Assembly (NCBI GenBank): GCA_963715185.1
Contig: CAVQRG010000006.1
Coordinates: forward strand, 232,603 to 296,602
Reading direction: 5' to 3'
DNA: 64,000 bases
Source of the DNA: an uncultured Planctomycetaceae bacterium
GTDB lineage: Bacteria > Planctomycetota > Planctomycetia > Planctomycetales > Planctomycetaceae
A model generated the notes under the pieces. It saw only the letters and a list, made by a program, of their open reading frames with translations. It was not told the DNA's origin and made no database searches. Below are positions 46,208 through 56,766 of the stretch, in pieces. The translations under genes and the position numbers were made by a program. Positions within the stretch are counted from its first letter, which is position 1; each line of letters opens with the position of its first letter.

Positions 46208-46603
46208 TCACTGCCTGTCAACAAGCTGTCGATTCCCTGCAGCGCGGTGCCGTGCGCGATTGCACCGGCTGACCACGAAACTCGCGAGATTCCACGAGAA
46301 ATCTGCCACATCGTGATACCGGCACCGATCGTGAACTGCACACGGGGATCGCCAGCCCGGCCGCGTTACGCCCCAGTGGGCAAGCGACAGCACGCGGGAC
46401 CACACGGCGCCTTCGCCCGGTGGGCAAGAGCCGTTGCTGGTGATCGGCAACGACCGGCCGCTCGCCACGGGCGATGAAGGTGTACTCATCAGCCGTTGCA
46501 GGCGGCTTTCGCCGCAGGCGGGACATTGAATGGATTCGCTTCCGCGAACCAACTGCTCGAATTCACCCCGACAACTGGGGCAGCGAAACTCAAAGAGCGG
46601 CAT
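46208..46603 (-). CDS. FmdB-family putative regulatory zinc-ribbon protein
   Basis: MPLFEFRCPSCRGEFEQLVRGSESIQCPACGESRLQRLMS. The C-terminal half looks non-native, so the end point is uncertain. Confidence 0.65.
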   Translation of the reverse strand: MPLFEFRCPSCRGEFEQLVRGSESIQCPACGESRLQRLMSTPSSPVASGRSLPITSNGSCPPGEGAVWSRVLSLAHWGVTRPGWRSPCAVHDRCRYHDVADFSWNLASFVVSRCNRARHRAAGNRQLVDRQ

Positions 46604-46612
46604 TGGCGGCTT

Positions 46613-47131
46613 TCACTCGAAACGACCATCAAAGCGGTGCAGCGACCTGTCCGGGAAGTCAGCCGGCGCCTCCTCGCGCAAGCCCTGTGCCGGACGCGCC
46701 TCCCAAGGCCCCCCTGCATGACCCCGCAAGGAAATCGGATCGGCAACCGGAATCGGCATCGTCAAAGCTGACGGCCCCCGCATCACCGGAGCCTGCGGGT
46801 CAGGGCGTTCATTCACCACAAGCATCAGCGTCAGGCAGGCAGCCGTCATCGCCACGAACGGCATCCAGCCGTTGAAACGGCTGAGCGGCGCCATGCGGTG
46901 CGGCTGTGCAATCCGTGTGGCCACGGCGGGCCAGAGACTGTCGCCGGACTGGAACGTGGGCTCCTGATCGGCCCGTTCCAGCAACTGGTACGTCCGCTTC
47001 ATCCGCCGGAAATGCTGATGACAGTCGACACATTCTGCGAGATGGCTACGCAATTCGACACGTCGTGTGACATCGTCCAGATCCTGACCGACCCAGAGTG
47101 CAATATCCCGCCTGGCCTGTGAACAATTCAT
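46613..47131 (-). CDS. anti-sigma factor (zf-HC2, single TM)
   Basis: MNCSQARRDIALWVGQDLDD...LRSHLAECVDCHQHFRRM (H-x3-C-x2-C) and TM helix WMPFVAMTAACLTLMLVV. It lies directly downstream of the ECF sigma gene. Confidence 0.8.
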   Translation of the reverse strand: MNCSQARRDIALWVGQDLDDVTRRVELRSHLAECVDCHQHFRRMKRTYQLLERADQEPTFQSGDSLWPAVATRIAQPHRMAPLSRFNGWMPFVAMTAACLTLMLVVNERPDPQAPVMRGPSALTMPIPVADPISLRGHAGGPWEARPAQGLREEAPADFPDRSLHRFDGRFE

Positions 47132-47182
47132 GATGACTGACTTCCCTCCATCCCCGCGGGATGCTGACTTCCCTGATGCCTG

Positions 47183-47821
47183 TCAGGAGTTGTTGGAAAC
47201 CGCAGTGTTGTCTGTCGCGTCACGCTGACGCTTTTCCCACAACGACTGGAATCGATTACGCGCCTCAGCCAGGCGCCAGCGAATCGTCGCTTCTTTCCGG
47301 TCCAGGATCGCGGCAATTTCCGACGTCGAAAACTTCTCGAGATCCCGCAGCACCAGCACCGTCCGATACTTCTCGGGGAGCTGGTCGATCACCATGTGCA
47401 CTTCCTGCTGCAGGTCGAGCACCGGCCGCCCATCCGCGACCGCCGGATCGGGCCAACGATCCGTTCCGGCGTCGGTGAACAAACCGACCCACAGGCCACG
47501 CTTCCGTTTGCGCAGGTGATCCAGTGTGATGTTGACGCCCACCCGAAACAGCCAGGGGCCGAAGCGTCGAGACGAATCAAACTGATCCAGCCGCTCGTAA
47601 GTCCGCAGAAACGTTTCCTGGGCCAGATCCTCCGCCAGATCGGGGTCTCGCACGAATCGTTGAATGACCCGCAACAGGCGCACTTCGTAACGACGCACCA
47701 ATTCGCCGAACGCATCCGGCTCGCCGCGTCGCGCCTCTTCCACCAGGCGCGCATCACCAACCCGAGATTCGGCCCTAACCGTCTCTCTGACAAGGGCTTG
47801 CTGTTCTTCGCTTGAGGGCAT
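47183..47821 (-). CDS. ECF sigma factor (sigma-70 regions 2 and 4)
   Basis: 212 aa: FGELVRRYEVRLLRVIQRFVRDPDLAEDLAQETFLRTYERLDQFDSSRRFGPWLFRVGVNITLDHLRKR...LPEKYRTVLVLRDLEKFSTSEIAAILDRKEATIRWRLAEAR. Confidence 0.9.
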   Translation of the reverse strand: MPSSEEQQALVRETVRAESRVGDARLVEEARRGEPDAFGELVRRYEVRLLRVIQRFVRDPDLAEDLAQETFLRTYERLDQFDSSRRFGPWLFRVGVNITLDHLRKRKRGLWVGLFTDAGTDRWPDPAVADGRPVLDLQQEVHMVIDQLPEKYRTVLVLRDLEKFSTSEIAAILDRKEATIRWRLAEARNRFQSLWEKRQRDATDNTAVSNNS

Positions 47822-48080
47822 CGCCGATTCACTCCACCTCTCTAGGGGGATGTTCCAGATCCCCGGTTCCCATTCTACGAAGTAACGCGGAAATTCGCTG
47901 GATCTTCCCCCCGAATCCGGGCGAGATTCCCCCCATTACGCCTCTTTCATGGCAGCGGCCCGACCTCTTCTTTGGCAGCCCGTGGGCACCAGGCCGTCGG
48001 AGTTCCACGCAGGACACGATCGAGCCGAGCCACGCGCTCGCCAACCGACCAGTGCGCCTGCCGCCGGGGCAGACGAGATC

Positions 48081-49108
48081 TCACGGCTTGTGCCGGTTGG
48101 TCCAGGTCACGAATCGATCGAGGAGCGCCGCCGCTCCACCACTGTCGAGGGCTTCGCGAGCGCAGACGACCCCCTCGGCGGGCGAGTTGACCCGGCCGGC
48201 CACGATGAGCCCCGCGGAGGCATTGGCCAGCACGATGTCGGCGCCGGGCCTGCCTGCCCCGAGAACACCTGCCGAATCGTCTGTGCGCTCTCCAGGGGCG
48301 TCGCCACCTGCAGGTCGAGGGGTGAGCACTCGTCGAGCCCGAACGAGGCGGCGGTCCAGACATCGTGGTGGAGAACACTCTCTTGTACATCGAAATAGCT
48401 GGTCTGGCCCCAGAGCGCGACTTCGTCCAACTGATCGGCCCCGCAGACCACGATGGTGCGCAGCGTACCGAGGCGCCGCGCCGCATCGGCAATCAAGCGG
48501 GCCGATTGCCGGCTGTTCGCCCCGATCAACTGCCGCTCTGCGCCGGCGGGGTTCGTGAGTGGCCCCAGCAGGTTGAAGATCGTCCGGAAGCCCAACTGCT
48601 GCCTCACCGGTGCCACGTACTTCATCGCCCCATGCAGATTGCGGGCGAAGCAGAAACCGATGCCCAGTTCGTCGATGCCGCGGCCGATGTCGTCCGGCCC
48701 CAGATCAAGGCAGACCCCCAGCGCCTCGAGCACGTCCGCGGATCCGCTCGAACTCGAGACGCTCCGATTTCCATGCTTGGCGACCGGTACACCACAGGCG
48801 GCCACCACGAAGGCGGTTGCGGTGCTGATGTTAAACGTCCGCAGACAGTCCCCCCCCGTTCCGCAGGTGTCGACCAACCCGGCAACATTCGGCCGCACCG
48901 GGGTCACATGATTGCGCATGGCCCGCGCGGCACCGACCAGTTCGTCGACGGCCTCTCCTTTAGTGGCCAGCGCCGTCAACATCGCAGCGGTTTCCACCTC
49001 GGTACAGCGTCCCTGCATCAGGGCCTCGACCGCGGATTGCATGGATTCGACCGGCAGTGACTTGAGCTTCAGGAGCCGTTCCAGGCGCTCGGCTGATCTC
49101 TGGTTGCA
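48081..49108 (-). pseudogene. trpD: anthranilate phosphoribosyltransferase, frameshift near 48245 and probably another in the first codons
   Basis: ORF 48107..49042: ...AMLTALATKGEAVDELVGAARAMR...VDTCGTGGDCLRTFNISTATAFVVAACGVPVAKHGNRSVSSSSGSADVLEALG...NLLGPLTNPAG.... The C-terminus continues in ORF 48081..48329 (GADIVLANASAGLIVAGRVNSPAEGVVCAREALDSGGAAALLDRFV), with the break at a CC run where CCC restores the frame. The in-frame upstream sequence SAERLERLLKLKSLPVES has no start codon. ATG 49108 is one nucleotide out of frame. Confidence 0.9.
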
Positions 49109-49341
49109 TCGCCCTTCCCAGTTCGCGTGGCCGCAACGGTCGTCCGACCGATGGAATCGTCAGAAACCGGCCGGGCTGACAACCTGACCGGACGGTGCCG
49201 CCGATTGTATCGCGGGCCCGCCGGACAAGTCAGGCAGGCAGAATCCAATTGACCACCTGTGGTGCAAAACCTAGCATCGCCGACAGTGGGGTCGGCTAGA
49301 CCCGCGACAGGCAACGACACCTCAGTTCTTCGAGGAGTCTC

Positions 49342-50292
49342 TTGGCTCACAAGCTGATCATTGATGCAGATCCCGGGATTGGCGATGCACTGACCATTGC
49401 CTTGGCGCTGATGGACCCGGAGGTGGACGTCCTGGGCATCACGCCTACGGCGGGTTGTCTCTCGGGCGAGCAGGCCTCGCGAAACATCCAGTCGATCGTG
49501 GCCATGCTCGATCCGCCGAAGTGGCCACGCACCGCGTGGACCAACGGGCATCCCTGCACATCGACGCTGCTGGGGGGGCCCAATCACATGGTCCTCAATG
49601 GCCGCGGGGGACTGGGTGACCTGAAGGCGTTCGTTCCGGAGCCACACCAGCCCTACGAGCCGGCCAAGGTGCTCGTCGATCTCGTTCGTGCACAGCCTCA
49701 CGAGATCACGCTGATCTCGCTGGGCCCTCTGACGAATATCGAGCTGGCCCAGGAACGTTTCCCCGAGTTCCTGGGACAACTCAAGGACTTGGTCATCCTT
49801 GGGGGAACGGTCGACTCCGGCGGAGACGTGACAGCGGCGGCCGAGTTCAACATCTACGCGGCGCCCGAATCGGCCCGGGCCGTCATCAACTCGCCGGCCA
49901 CAAAGACGCTGGTCCCCCGCGATGTCAGCAGTCGGGTGATCCTCTCCTACGACCTGTATTCCCGGCTCGATCCGGATGTTCGGCGGCCTTTTGGACAATT
50001 TCTGGAGCAGACCCTCCCCTTTGCGCTGCGGGCTCATCATGAACATCTGGGCATGGAAGGGTTCCCGCTGAACGAGGTCGTGGCGCTGGCGGCCATGACG
50101 CAGCCTCAGGCCTTCGAGCGGAAGACCTACTTCGCCGATGTGGAGACACAGGGCGAATTGACACGGGGAGCCGTCGTCGTCGATCGGCGCCGCAGTTCCC
50201 GGACCCCTCCCAACATCGATGTGCTGACCGAAGTGGACCCCCAGGCGGTGCTGGACTATTTCACCGGTGTCATCAGGCTCGCGGCTGAATGA
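49342..50292 (+). CDS. nucleoside hydrolase (IUNH family)
   Basis: 316 aa with TTG start: KLIIDADPGIGDALTIALALMDPEVDVLGITPTAG (Asp cluster) ...ITLISLGPLTNIELA...EFNIYAAPESA... Confidence 0.85.
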   Translation: MAHKLIIDADPGIGDALTIALALMDPEVDVLGITPTAGCLSGEQASRNIQSIVAMLDPPKWPRTAWTNGHPCTSTLLGGPNHMVLNGRGGLGDLKAFVPEPHQPYEPAKVLVDLVRAQPHEITLISLGPLTNIELAQERFPEFLGQLKDLVILGGTVDSGGDVTAAAEFNIYAAPESARAVINSPATKTLVPRDVSSRVILSYDLYSRLDPDVRRPFGQFLEQTLPFALRAHHEHLGMEGFPLNEVVALAAMTQPQAFERKTYFADVETQGELTRGAVVVDRRRSSRTPPNIDVLTEVDPQAVLDYFTGVIRLAAE

Positions 50293-50588
50293 GGCCCTCA
50301 GGCGACGCTGCGACTCCTCCGACCTGTGTCGCCGGCTGATGGCTGTCCCGCGGCGGAGCGTCGCATTCCGCACAATCGCAGCCTTCGGGACACCCGTTGG
50401 GAAGAGCGAGTCCGGCCGTCGGCGGTATCTGTGGCACGACGGGAGCGGCATGGCTGTTACGTCCGTTGCTCCCTGCAATGATCGCGGCCATCCAGCTCTC
50501 TCCACACAGAAAGGTTTGCCAAACTTTCCCCGTCCCCCCGATATCGTTCATGGCCCAGACGGCAGACTCTTGATCGCCCTCCCACGAA

Positions 50589-51113
50589 TTGGCACCCCGA
50601 TCCCTTCAGGAAGCACACGTGAGTCACTCCCACTTGTCCGTTCGTCACTTCCTCAATCAACTCAATGAGTCCGGCGAGCGCACGCAGCCCCGATCACAGA
50701 CCCGACGACTCCCCCCTTGGCTGAACCGCTTCCTGCAGCAGGCGGCCGACCGCTTCGACCCGCAGGAGGACACGGCCCGCGTCGGCTATGTCTGTCGCTG
50801 CGACGATGGGGAGTGGACCCTCGCTCTCTACCTGGGGGAGATCGAGCACGTTGGGGGCCCTGATGATGGGGCGACTTACCTCATGAACTTCGTGTTCGAT
50901 ATCGACGGAATCTGCGGTCTGTTCACTTCTGTCGACCATGTGCGCTGGCACGCCGTCCCACAAGCGCTCGGCCAGCAGGAAAGCGGATCGACCCTCGTCG
51001 TCCATGGATGGGTGAGCTCCCATCCCCTGTGCGTCCAGGTGCATATGTGCCCTCCCAGGTGCGCAGGCCCGGGGATGAAACGCTATCCCAGCGGTCATAT
51101 CGTGCTGATGTGA
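50589..51113 (+). CDS. hypothetical protein
   Basis: 174 aa ORF with coding-like composition (DTARVGYVCRCDDGEWTLALYLGEIEHVGGPDDGATYLMNFVFDIDGI). No family recognised, and the start is uncertain. Confidence 0.4.
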   Translation: MAPRSLQEAHVSHSHLSVRHFLNQLNESGERTQPRSQTRRLPPWLNRFLQQAADRFDPQEDTARVGYVCRCDDGEWTLALYLGEIEHVGGPDDGATYLMNFVFDIDGICGLFTSVDHVRWHAVPQALGQQESGSTLVVHGWVSSHPLCVQVHMCPPRCAGPGMKRYPSGHIVLM

Positions 51114-51269
51114 TGACGCGGAGCCGACGGTGCCCGGCCCGGTCATCGGACGACAGGTCGACCGGCACAGGTGAGGAGATCGCAAGGGTTGTGATATGCT
51201 CAGGCCCTCGCGGCTGTCCTGAAGTCGGGGCAGCCTATCCCTCACACATCTCCGCAACGGGGACACGTC

Positions 51270-53318
51270 GTGATGGCTGGCGGCAGTCAACGGACAATCG
51301 CCCTGGCATTGCTGCTGGGGATGACCGCACAGGGGCGTTCTGCCGACGATCTCGTCCAGCATGGCGCTCTCAGCGGCATCGCCGTGCGACTGCCGGTTGA
51401 GGGGCGGTGGTCGATCGCGACGGACTGGCAGCAGGCATGGCCGACCGACTGGCAGCATGCGGATGCCCGGACGACTGAGGTCGTCGGCCCCTGGACAATC
51501 TCCGCGGGTCACCTGGACCTTCCCGCCGGAAGATGGCTGCTGCGCGATGCGATCCGCGAACATCAGCCCGGGCTCATCGAATGTCGAAGACGCTGGGAAT
51601 GGACGGGAGAGCAGACCCTCGACCGGGCCACGCTGTCGATACGCTGGCGCGTGGAATGTGACGAGTCCCGCCCTTTCCTTCCAGCCATCAGCTATTACGA
51701 CAACCCGGCGGGTCAGTCGGTCGATCCTGCGCGGATCCCGGTGATCGGCGAATCCCCCGGGTGTCGCGGATTCTATGAAGAGCATCGGTTCCCGATGCCG
51801 CTCGCCGCGATGGAAGCGACACGCGGTGATCAGTTGTTTGTCGCGGCGCTGCACAGTCTGCCGAGTCCGCTGCGTTTCGGGCATTACGACGATCAATGGT
51901 GGTCGCTGGGACTGGAGCGGACCGACACCGGGTTTGAACTGGCGCTGCTCAGCGGGGCGGTCGCCACGAATGGCCGCACCGGCATCATCAAGGCCAAACA
52001 ACGCAACTTTCTGGACTATCCCGACGGTTACCTCACGGTGGCACCCGGCGCCATCATTGAGAAACGCTGCTTCGTGCAACTTGCTCCCGCGGAGCAGCGC
52101 GGCTCGGGGTTCCGCCCGGCCGTCTGGCAGTCTGTCGAACTCTTCGATCCGTTCGACTTTGATGGCTTTCCTCCTGCCGAGGAGATCAGCCGGCTGAAGT
52201 TCCTGGACACAGCACGGCGCTGGCGGGAAGACGAGCAGTTCGCCGGCATCGATGCGTTCCCCGACACGGGCGGACAGCGGCGGGACTGGATCGACCTCGG
52301 CTGGGCGGGCCAGTCGGAGGCAGCCGCGTATCCCCTGCTGCTGTTGGGGGAACCAATGGGAGTGTCGAATGCTGCCGACATGGCACGGAAGTCGCTGGAC
52401 TTCATCAGCACGTCCCCTTTCGACGACGGTGGCTTCGCGATTCGCTACGACTACGGTTCGCATGAGTGGCAGGCACGGCGCAACCCGCTGTCACAGGCGC
52501 AGACCATGAACAACATGCTCAACGCCTTGCGCGTGGCCCGTGAACAGGAGCGTGGAGATGCGGCACAGTGGGAGACCTTCCTGCAGGCCGCCTGTGACTT
52601 CCATGCCGCACGTGTCCTCGCCGAAGACTGGCACCCGGCCTCGACGAACGAGGGGTTCCTGATGGCGCCGCTGGCGCAGGCCTCTGCGCTGCTGAAGAAC
52701 CGGCGTGCGCTCGACGCGGCCCGGAAGGCCGCCGATCACTACACGGACCGCCATCGAACGATGGACGAGCCGTACTGGGGCGGGACGCTGGATGCCCGCT
52801 GCGAAGACAAGGAAGGGGCCTGGGCCGCGCTGCAGGGGTTTCTCGCCCTGTATGAAGCCACCGGCGAAGAGACGTATCTCGATCTGGCCTCGCATGCGGC
52901 CGACGTTGTCATCAGCTACGTCTATGTCTGGGATGTGCCGCTCCCACCAGGACGCCTGAGCGACCATGCCTTTCGGTCGCGGGGCTGGACAGCGGTCTCG
53001 GTTCAGAACATGCATCTGGATGTGTATGGCGTGGTCTGTGCCCCCGCGTTGTGGCGGCTGGGAGAGCTGACCCGGCACCCTGAGTACCAGCAGATGGCGC
53101 GGCTGATGTTCGTCACCTGCGGACAGCTCGTCGATGCGACCGGCGGCCAGGGCGAACAACTGCACCAGACCAACTACGCGCAGCATTACGATGTCCGCGA
53201 GCTGGCGGGCGTCCGCGGCGACTACGTGGAGAGCTGGAACGTCTACTGGATCTCGGCGCACTTCCTCACCGCCGCTGCGCAGTTTGAGGAACTCGGTGTC
53301 GACTGGCGTACGTGGTAG
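51270..53318 (+). CDS. secreted hypothetical protein, C-terminal half possibly an (alpha/alpha)6-type glycoside-hydrolase-like fold
   Basis: 682 aa with signal peptide MMAGGSQRTIALALLLGMTAQGRSAD. The Trp/aromatic-rich helical C-terminus (GAWAALQGFLALYEATGEETYLDLASHAADVVISYVYVWD) is why I suggest that fold. The fold call is a guess. Confidence 0.5.
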   Translation: MMAGGSQRTIALALLLGMTAQGRSADDLVQHGALSGIAVRLPVEGRWSIATDWQQAWPTDWQHADARTTEVVGPWTISAGHLDLPAGRWLLRDAIREHQPGLIECRRRWEWTGEQTLDRATLSIRWRVECDESRPFLPAISYYDNPAGQSVDPARIPVIGESPGCRGFYEEHRFPMPLAAMEATRGDQLFVAALHSLPSPLRFGHYDDQWWSLGLERTDTGFELALLSGAVATNGRTGIIKAKQRNFLDYPDGYLTVAPGAIIEKRCFVQLAPAEQRGSGFRPAVWQSVELFDPFDFDGFPPAEEISRLKFLDTARRWREDEQFAGIDAFPDTGGQRRDWIDLGWAGQSEAAAYPLLLLGEPMGVSNAADMARKSLDFISTSPFDDGGFAIRYDYGSHEWQARRNPLSQAQTMNNMLNALRVAREQERGDAAQWETFLQAACDFHAARVLAEDWHPASTNEGFLMAPLAQASALLKNRRALDAARKAADHYTDRHRTMDEPYWGGTLDARCEDKEGAWAALQGFLALYEATGEETYLDLASHAADVVISYVYVWDVPLPPGRLSDHAFRSRGWTAVSVQNMHLDVYGVVCAPALWRLGELTRHPEYQQMARLMFVTCGQLVDATGGQGEQLHQTNYAQHYDVRELAGVRGDYVESWNVYWISAHFLTAAAQFEELGVDWRTW

Positions 53319-53342
53319 GTCGCCACCACGAGGCGCGTGCGA

Positions 53343-54467
53343 CTAGGCGGGGTTCCGCATCCGCCGATAGCTCTCATCGCGCAACGTGGAGATCCGCCCC
53401 TGCTGCACCGCCTCCTTGACGCGGCAACCCGACTCGTGGGTATGGGTACAGTCAGGGAATCGGCAACGAGCCAGAAAGGGACGAAACTCCACGAAGTACG
53501 CTTCCACCTCTTCGGGTGCGATATCCCACAACTCCAACTGACGCACGCCCGGCGTGTCGACGACCCACCCCCCTCCGGTGAGGGGGAGCAGTTCGGCCAC
53601 GCGCGTGGTATGCCGACCTTTGCCGGTATCCACGGAGACTTCCGATATCTCCCGCGCGAGCCCGGGCTGCAGGGCATTCAGCAGGGACGACTTCCCCACC
53701 CCACTCTGGCCGGCGAACACCGTCTCCTTCCCGACCAGCAGCATGCGCAGTCGATCGATCCCCTGACCCCCGAGCGTACTGGTGAGCACCACCTCACACC
53801 CCAGACGTGCGTACAAGCCAAGCATCGGTTGCAGGCGGACCGGATCCGCCAGGTCGGCCTTGTTGATGCACACAATCGGCTGGACACCCCCCCGGGCGGC
53901 ACTGGCGAGGAACCGATCAATCAGCGGCGGCTTGAGGGCCGGCTCCGCGGCCGAACCGACGACGACCAACTGCTCCACGTTCGCCACAATCACATGCTGG
54001 TACTGTCCACTCCCCCGCGACAGCGTGCTGCTGCGCGGGTCAACCCGCTCGATCACACCCTCCTGCGGGCCCACCCGGCGGACGAGCACCCGATCGCCGG
54101 CCACGACCGCGTTGCGCGCGTCGCGGAGCAATGTGCGGAGCACGCGACGCACCGTGCAGGGCAGTACGGCTCCCCCCTCGAGTTGAACGTCACACCGGTT
54201 GGCACCGATGGCGCGCAGCACGCGGGCCGCGGTGCACTCGGTCTCGTCAACATCCCGCAGGATGAAGCCCTCGGACCCCTCGCCCTCGACACCGATAATG
54301 GTGCGATGCCGGGTCAGCCCCCCCTTGCCCGAAATCCGTTCGGTCGAGACGACCTCGTCGACGGCCAGATCCTCAAGCGCCTCGGAGGTGAGGTCGCTGG
54401 TACGCGTCCGGCGCGCACGATTCTTGCGGAACGCCACGCGGAACTTACGGGGACGCTTCTTCGCCAT
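53343..54467 (-). CDS. rsgA: ribosome small-subunit-dependent GTPase A
   Basis: 374 aa with circularly permuted GTPase motifs (CINKADL, then FAGQSGVGKSSLLNAL) and the zinc knuckle CRFPDCTHTHESGCRV. Confidence 0.9.
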   Translation of the reverse strand: MAKKRPRKFRVAFRKNRARRTRTSDLTSEALEDLAVDEVVSTERISGKGGLTRHRTIIGVEGEGSEGFILRDVDETECTAARVLRAIGANRCDVQLEGGAVLPCTVRRVLRTLLRDARNAVVAGDRVLVRRVGPQEGVIERVDPRSSTLSRGSGQYQHVIVANVEQLVVVGSAAEPALKPPLIDRFLASAARGGVQPIVCINKADLADPVRLQPMLGLYARLGCEVVLTSTLGGQGIDRLRMLLVGKETVFAGQSGVGKSSLLNALQPGLAREISEVSVDTGKGRHTTRVAELLPLTGGGWVVDTPGVRQLELWDIAPEEVEAYFVEFRPFLARCRFPDCTHTHESGCRVKEAVQQGRISTLRDESYRRMRNPA

Positions 54468-54487
54468 GCGGTCCCCCCTGCCCTCGG

Positions 54488-55000
54488 TCAGTCGTCAGAC
54501 AGCCATCCCATGACCTGGTCGTCTTCATCGTTGCCGTTCGAGGGAGGATCGACCGGTCGGACGGGCGGCGGCATCCGGTGGGACGATTCTTCACGACGCT
54601 CGGGACGTCGCGACAGTCCCGCCTTCTCCATCAGGCTGAGGGCAAACGGGTCCTCTTCAGGCGGAGGCGGCTGATCACCTGTGGGTGTATACCGAATCTC
54701 GAAGCGATGCTTGGCAACCGACAGTTCGTCACCGGGCAGAATCCACTTCGAGTCGCTGCGCTCCCCATTGATCTTGATGCCGTTGCGACTGCCCAGGTCG
54801 CGAACATGCCAGTAACCGTTGATCAGTTCCAGCTCACAGTGCTGGGAGGAGACGTTGGGAAATCTCAGGGAGACATCACAATTGCTGCGACGCCCGATCA
54901 GCAGTTTCGCGCAGCAAGGGAATGGGATCACCGCCGCCACAAGGGACGAGTTCTCCGAGAATTGACCGCTGTTCCATGAGCTGAACCTGCTTGCCAGCAC
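54488..55000 (-). CDS. FHA domain protein
   Basis: LLIGRRSNCDVSLRFPNVSSQHCELELINGYWHVRDLGSRNGIKINGERSDSKWILPGDELSVAKHRFEI. Confidence 0.8.
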   Translation of the reverse strand: MLASRFSSWNSGQFSENSSLVAAVIPFPCCAKLLIGRRSNCDVSLRFPNVSSQHCELELINGYWHVRDLGSRNGIKINGERSDSKWILPGDELSVAKHRFEIRYTPTGDQPPPPEEDPFALSLMEKAGLSRRPERREESSHRMPPPVRPVDPPSNGNDEDDQVMGWLSDD

Positions 55001-55306
55001 GCATCTTCAACTTGACCAGCCTGAACGCACACGGCAGTGACAACCCTCGATCACACGTCGCGATCCGTCAATGCTGCGAACATCCGTTTCCCAGGAAGAA
55101 CCACAACGACCCCGTCCGCAGTCGTCCGAGTTGCTGAGGGGCCGCAGAGAACCTTCGACGTGATGTCTGTGCCATTAATCTACCGCTGTGGTCAACCCCC
55201 GTCAATTTGCGGTCCTGCCCGAACGGCACGGCCGCGATCGATCGGGCACGAACGAACTCGACCGGCGTGACCTTCTCCCGGGAGATCATTTGCGTATGAT
55301 AGGCGT

Positions 55307-55675
<369 letters not shown>

Positions 55676-55699
55676 TTTTTCACACCTCACCCTTCCGCT

Positions 55700-56576
55700 C
55701 GCCGCCCTCTGCTGGGTGGCTGGGTTCGGAGCGCAGCGACGCCCCCAGGATCCCGAGCAACCGGGGACTCGTCTGCGGCTCGACTCCAGCCACTCTCTCA
55801 GCATCGGGTAGCACCGGTTGCCCCAACCGGTGCCGCGCAGCGGCAGGAAGCTCTGCATGTCGCACTGCTGCACCTGCCAGACAGGTAGGGCCGACTATCG
55901 CCGTCCCTACAGGGCTGAGTCGGCAGATCACACCTCGTCCGCTCGCGGTCTCATGGCTCACGCCTGGCACCCTCCCGGGCTCTCTCAGCGAGAAGTTCTC
56001 CGCTTTCCGCAGTCGTTAACGGAGCGCCCGACATTGCAGCCAGAGTGTGATCCTGTTTGAATGGTAGCCAGCCCCGTCCTCTGTACCCACGGCGAGGTGC
56101 CGACCATGACAGTCGCCACTCAGCATCGGTGCGCACCACTCGGCCTGTTTCCCGACAGGCCCGAGCCGCGTCTCTACCAGGCTGTTGAAATACAAGCCCG
56201 AAGCGCCAGCGAGGGAATCCTGGAGGACCAATCACCCGCGAATCTGGGCTCCACTCGCTCGCGCGTCGTGCCGGTATCCGATGATTCAACGGGTTGCAAC
56301 GACCGCACCATCGAAGTCCTGCGAGTCCACCATGACCGCCGGCGTACGAAGCAGGCATCGGACCATCGACGCCTGAAGGTGTCCCGCTCTGGACTCTCGG
56401 CACTCGCCCCTCGGCTCTGTGACGACATCCGCACTGTGCAGGAGTTGCTCGGCCACAGCGACGTTCGGACGACGATGATCTATACTCACGTTTTGAACAA
56501 GGGTGGACGCGGTGTCCGCAGCCCGCTGGAGCGGATTCGAGAGTTGCTCGCGCGGAGCGAACGGATAAACGACTGA
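55700..56576 (+). pseudogene. intI: decayed integron-integrase (IntI-type tyrosine recombinase), N-terminally truncated at rnpB, multiple frameshifts
   Basis: The C-terminus [36 protein letters not shown] is a near-canonical IntI end. Upstream, spread over three frames but collinear with the intact IntI at 60979..61980, are W.R., [43 protein letters not shown] (matching LYGSGLRLM), RHSASVR (matching RHTIHVR) and ...LP. Confidence 0.8.
55805..55891 (+). repeat. 87-nt direct repeat copy R1 (inside the decayed intI)
   Basis: CGGGTAGCACCGGTTGCCCCAACCGGTGCCGCGCAGCGGCAGGAAGCTCTGCATGTCGCACTGCTG...GCCAGACAGGTAGGGC. 80 of 87 positions are identical to 59561-59647. Confidence 0.9.
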
Positions 56577-56612
56577 GCGTTATCGAGAAACGTCGTTCCG
56601 GATAACGCTCAG
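56573..56612 (+). terminator. perfect 12-bp hairpin overlapping the stop codon of the decayed intI
   Basis: CTGAGCGTTATC, a 16-nt loop, then GATAACGCTCAG. It could be a terminator or a protein-binding palindrome. Confidence 0.4.
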
Positions 56613-56735
56613 CCGACTCCTCCACGCATTTGCCGCAACGAATGACTTCGATTACACTTACAGCCGCCTGACCGACCTCGGCCATGCGCGGTATCCGCAA
56701 ACGCCCGCGGATTATACAGATCTGCATAAACACTA

Positions 56736-56742
56736 GTTAGCT
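56736..56742 (+). other. candidate attI/first-cassette recombination core GTTAGCT
   Basis: AAACACTA-GTTAGCT-GCC lies 160 nt after the intI stop and 31 nt before the first cassette ATG. It is the same core type as GTTCGCC (57472) and GTTAGCC (58259; minus strand at 60811-60805). Confidence 0.45.
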
Positions 56743-56766
56743 GCCAGGTAACATAGAGGGGCTACC

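Noticed and set aside
49069-52463. 478-aa and 589-aa minus-strand ORFs (49069..50505, 50694..52463)
   Set aside because: They are antisense to the nucleoside hydrolase (clear IUNH motifs) and to the 174- and 682-aa plus-strand genes. Their composition is shadow-like.
55805-55891. Interpreting the R1/R2 repeat itself as an attC site, with GGTTGCC as its recombination core
   Set aside because: R1 is collinear with the N-terminal IntI motifs of the pseudogene. It folds into local hairpins rather than one long imperfect palindrome, and R1-R2 identity starts well upstream of the putative crossover point.
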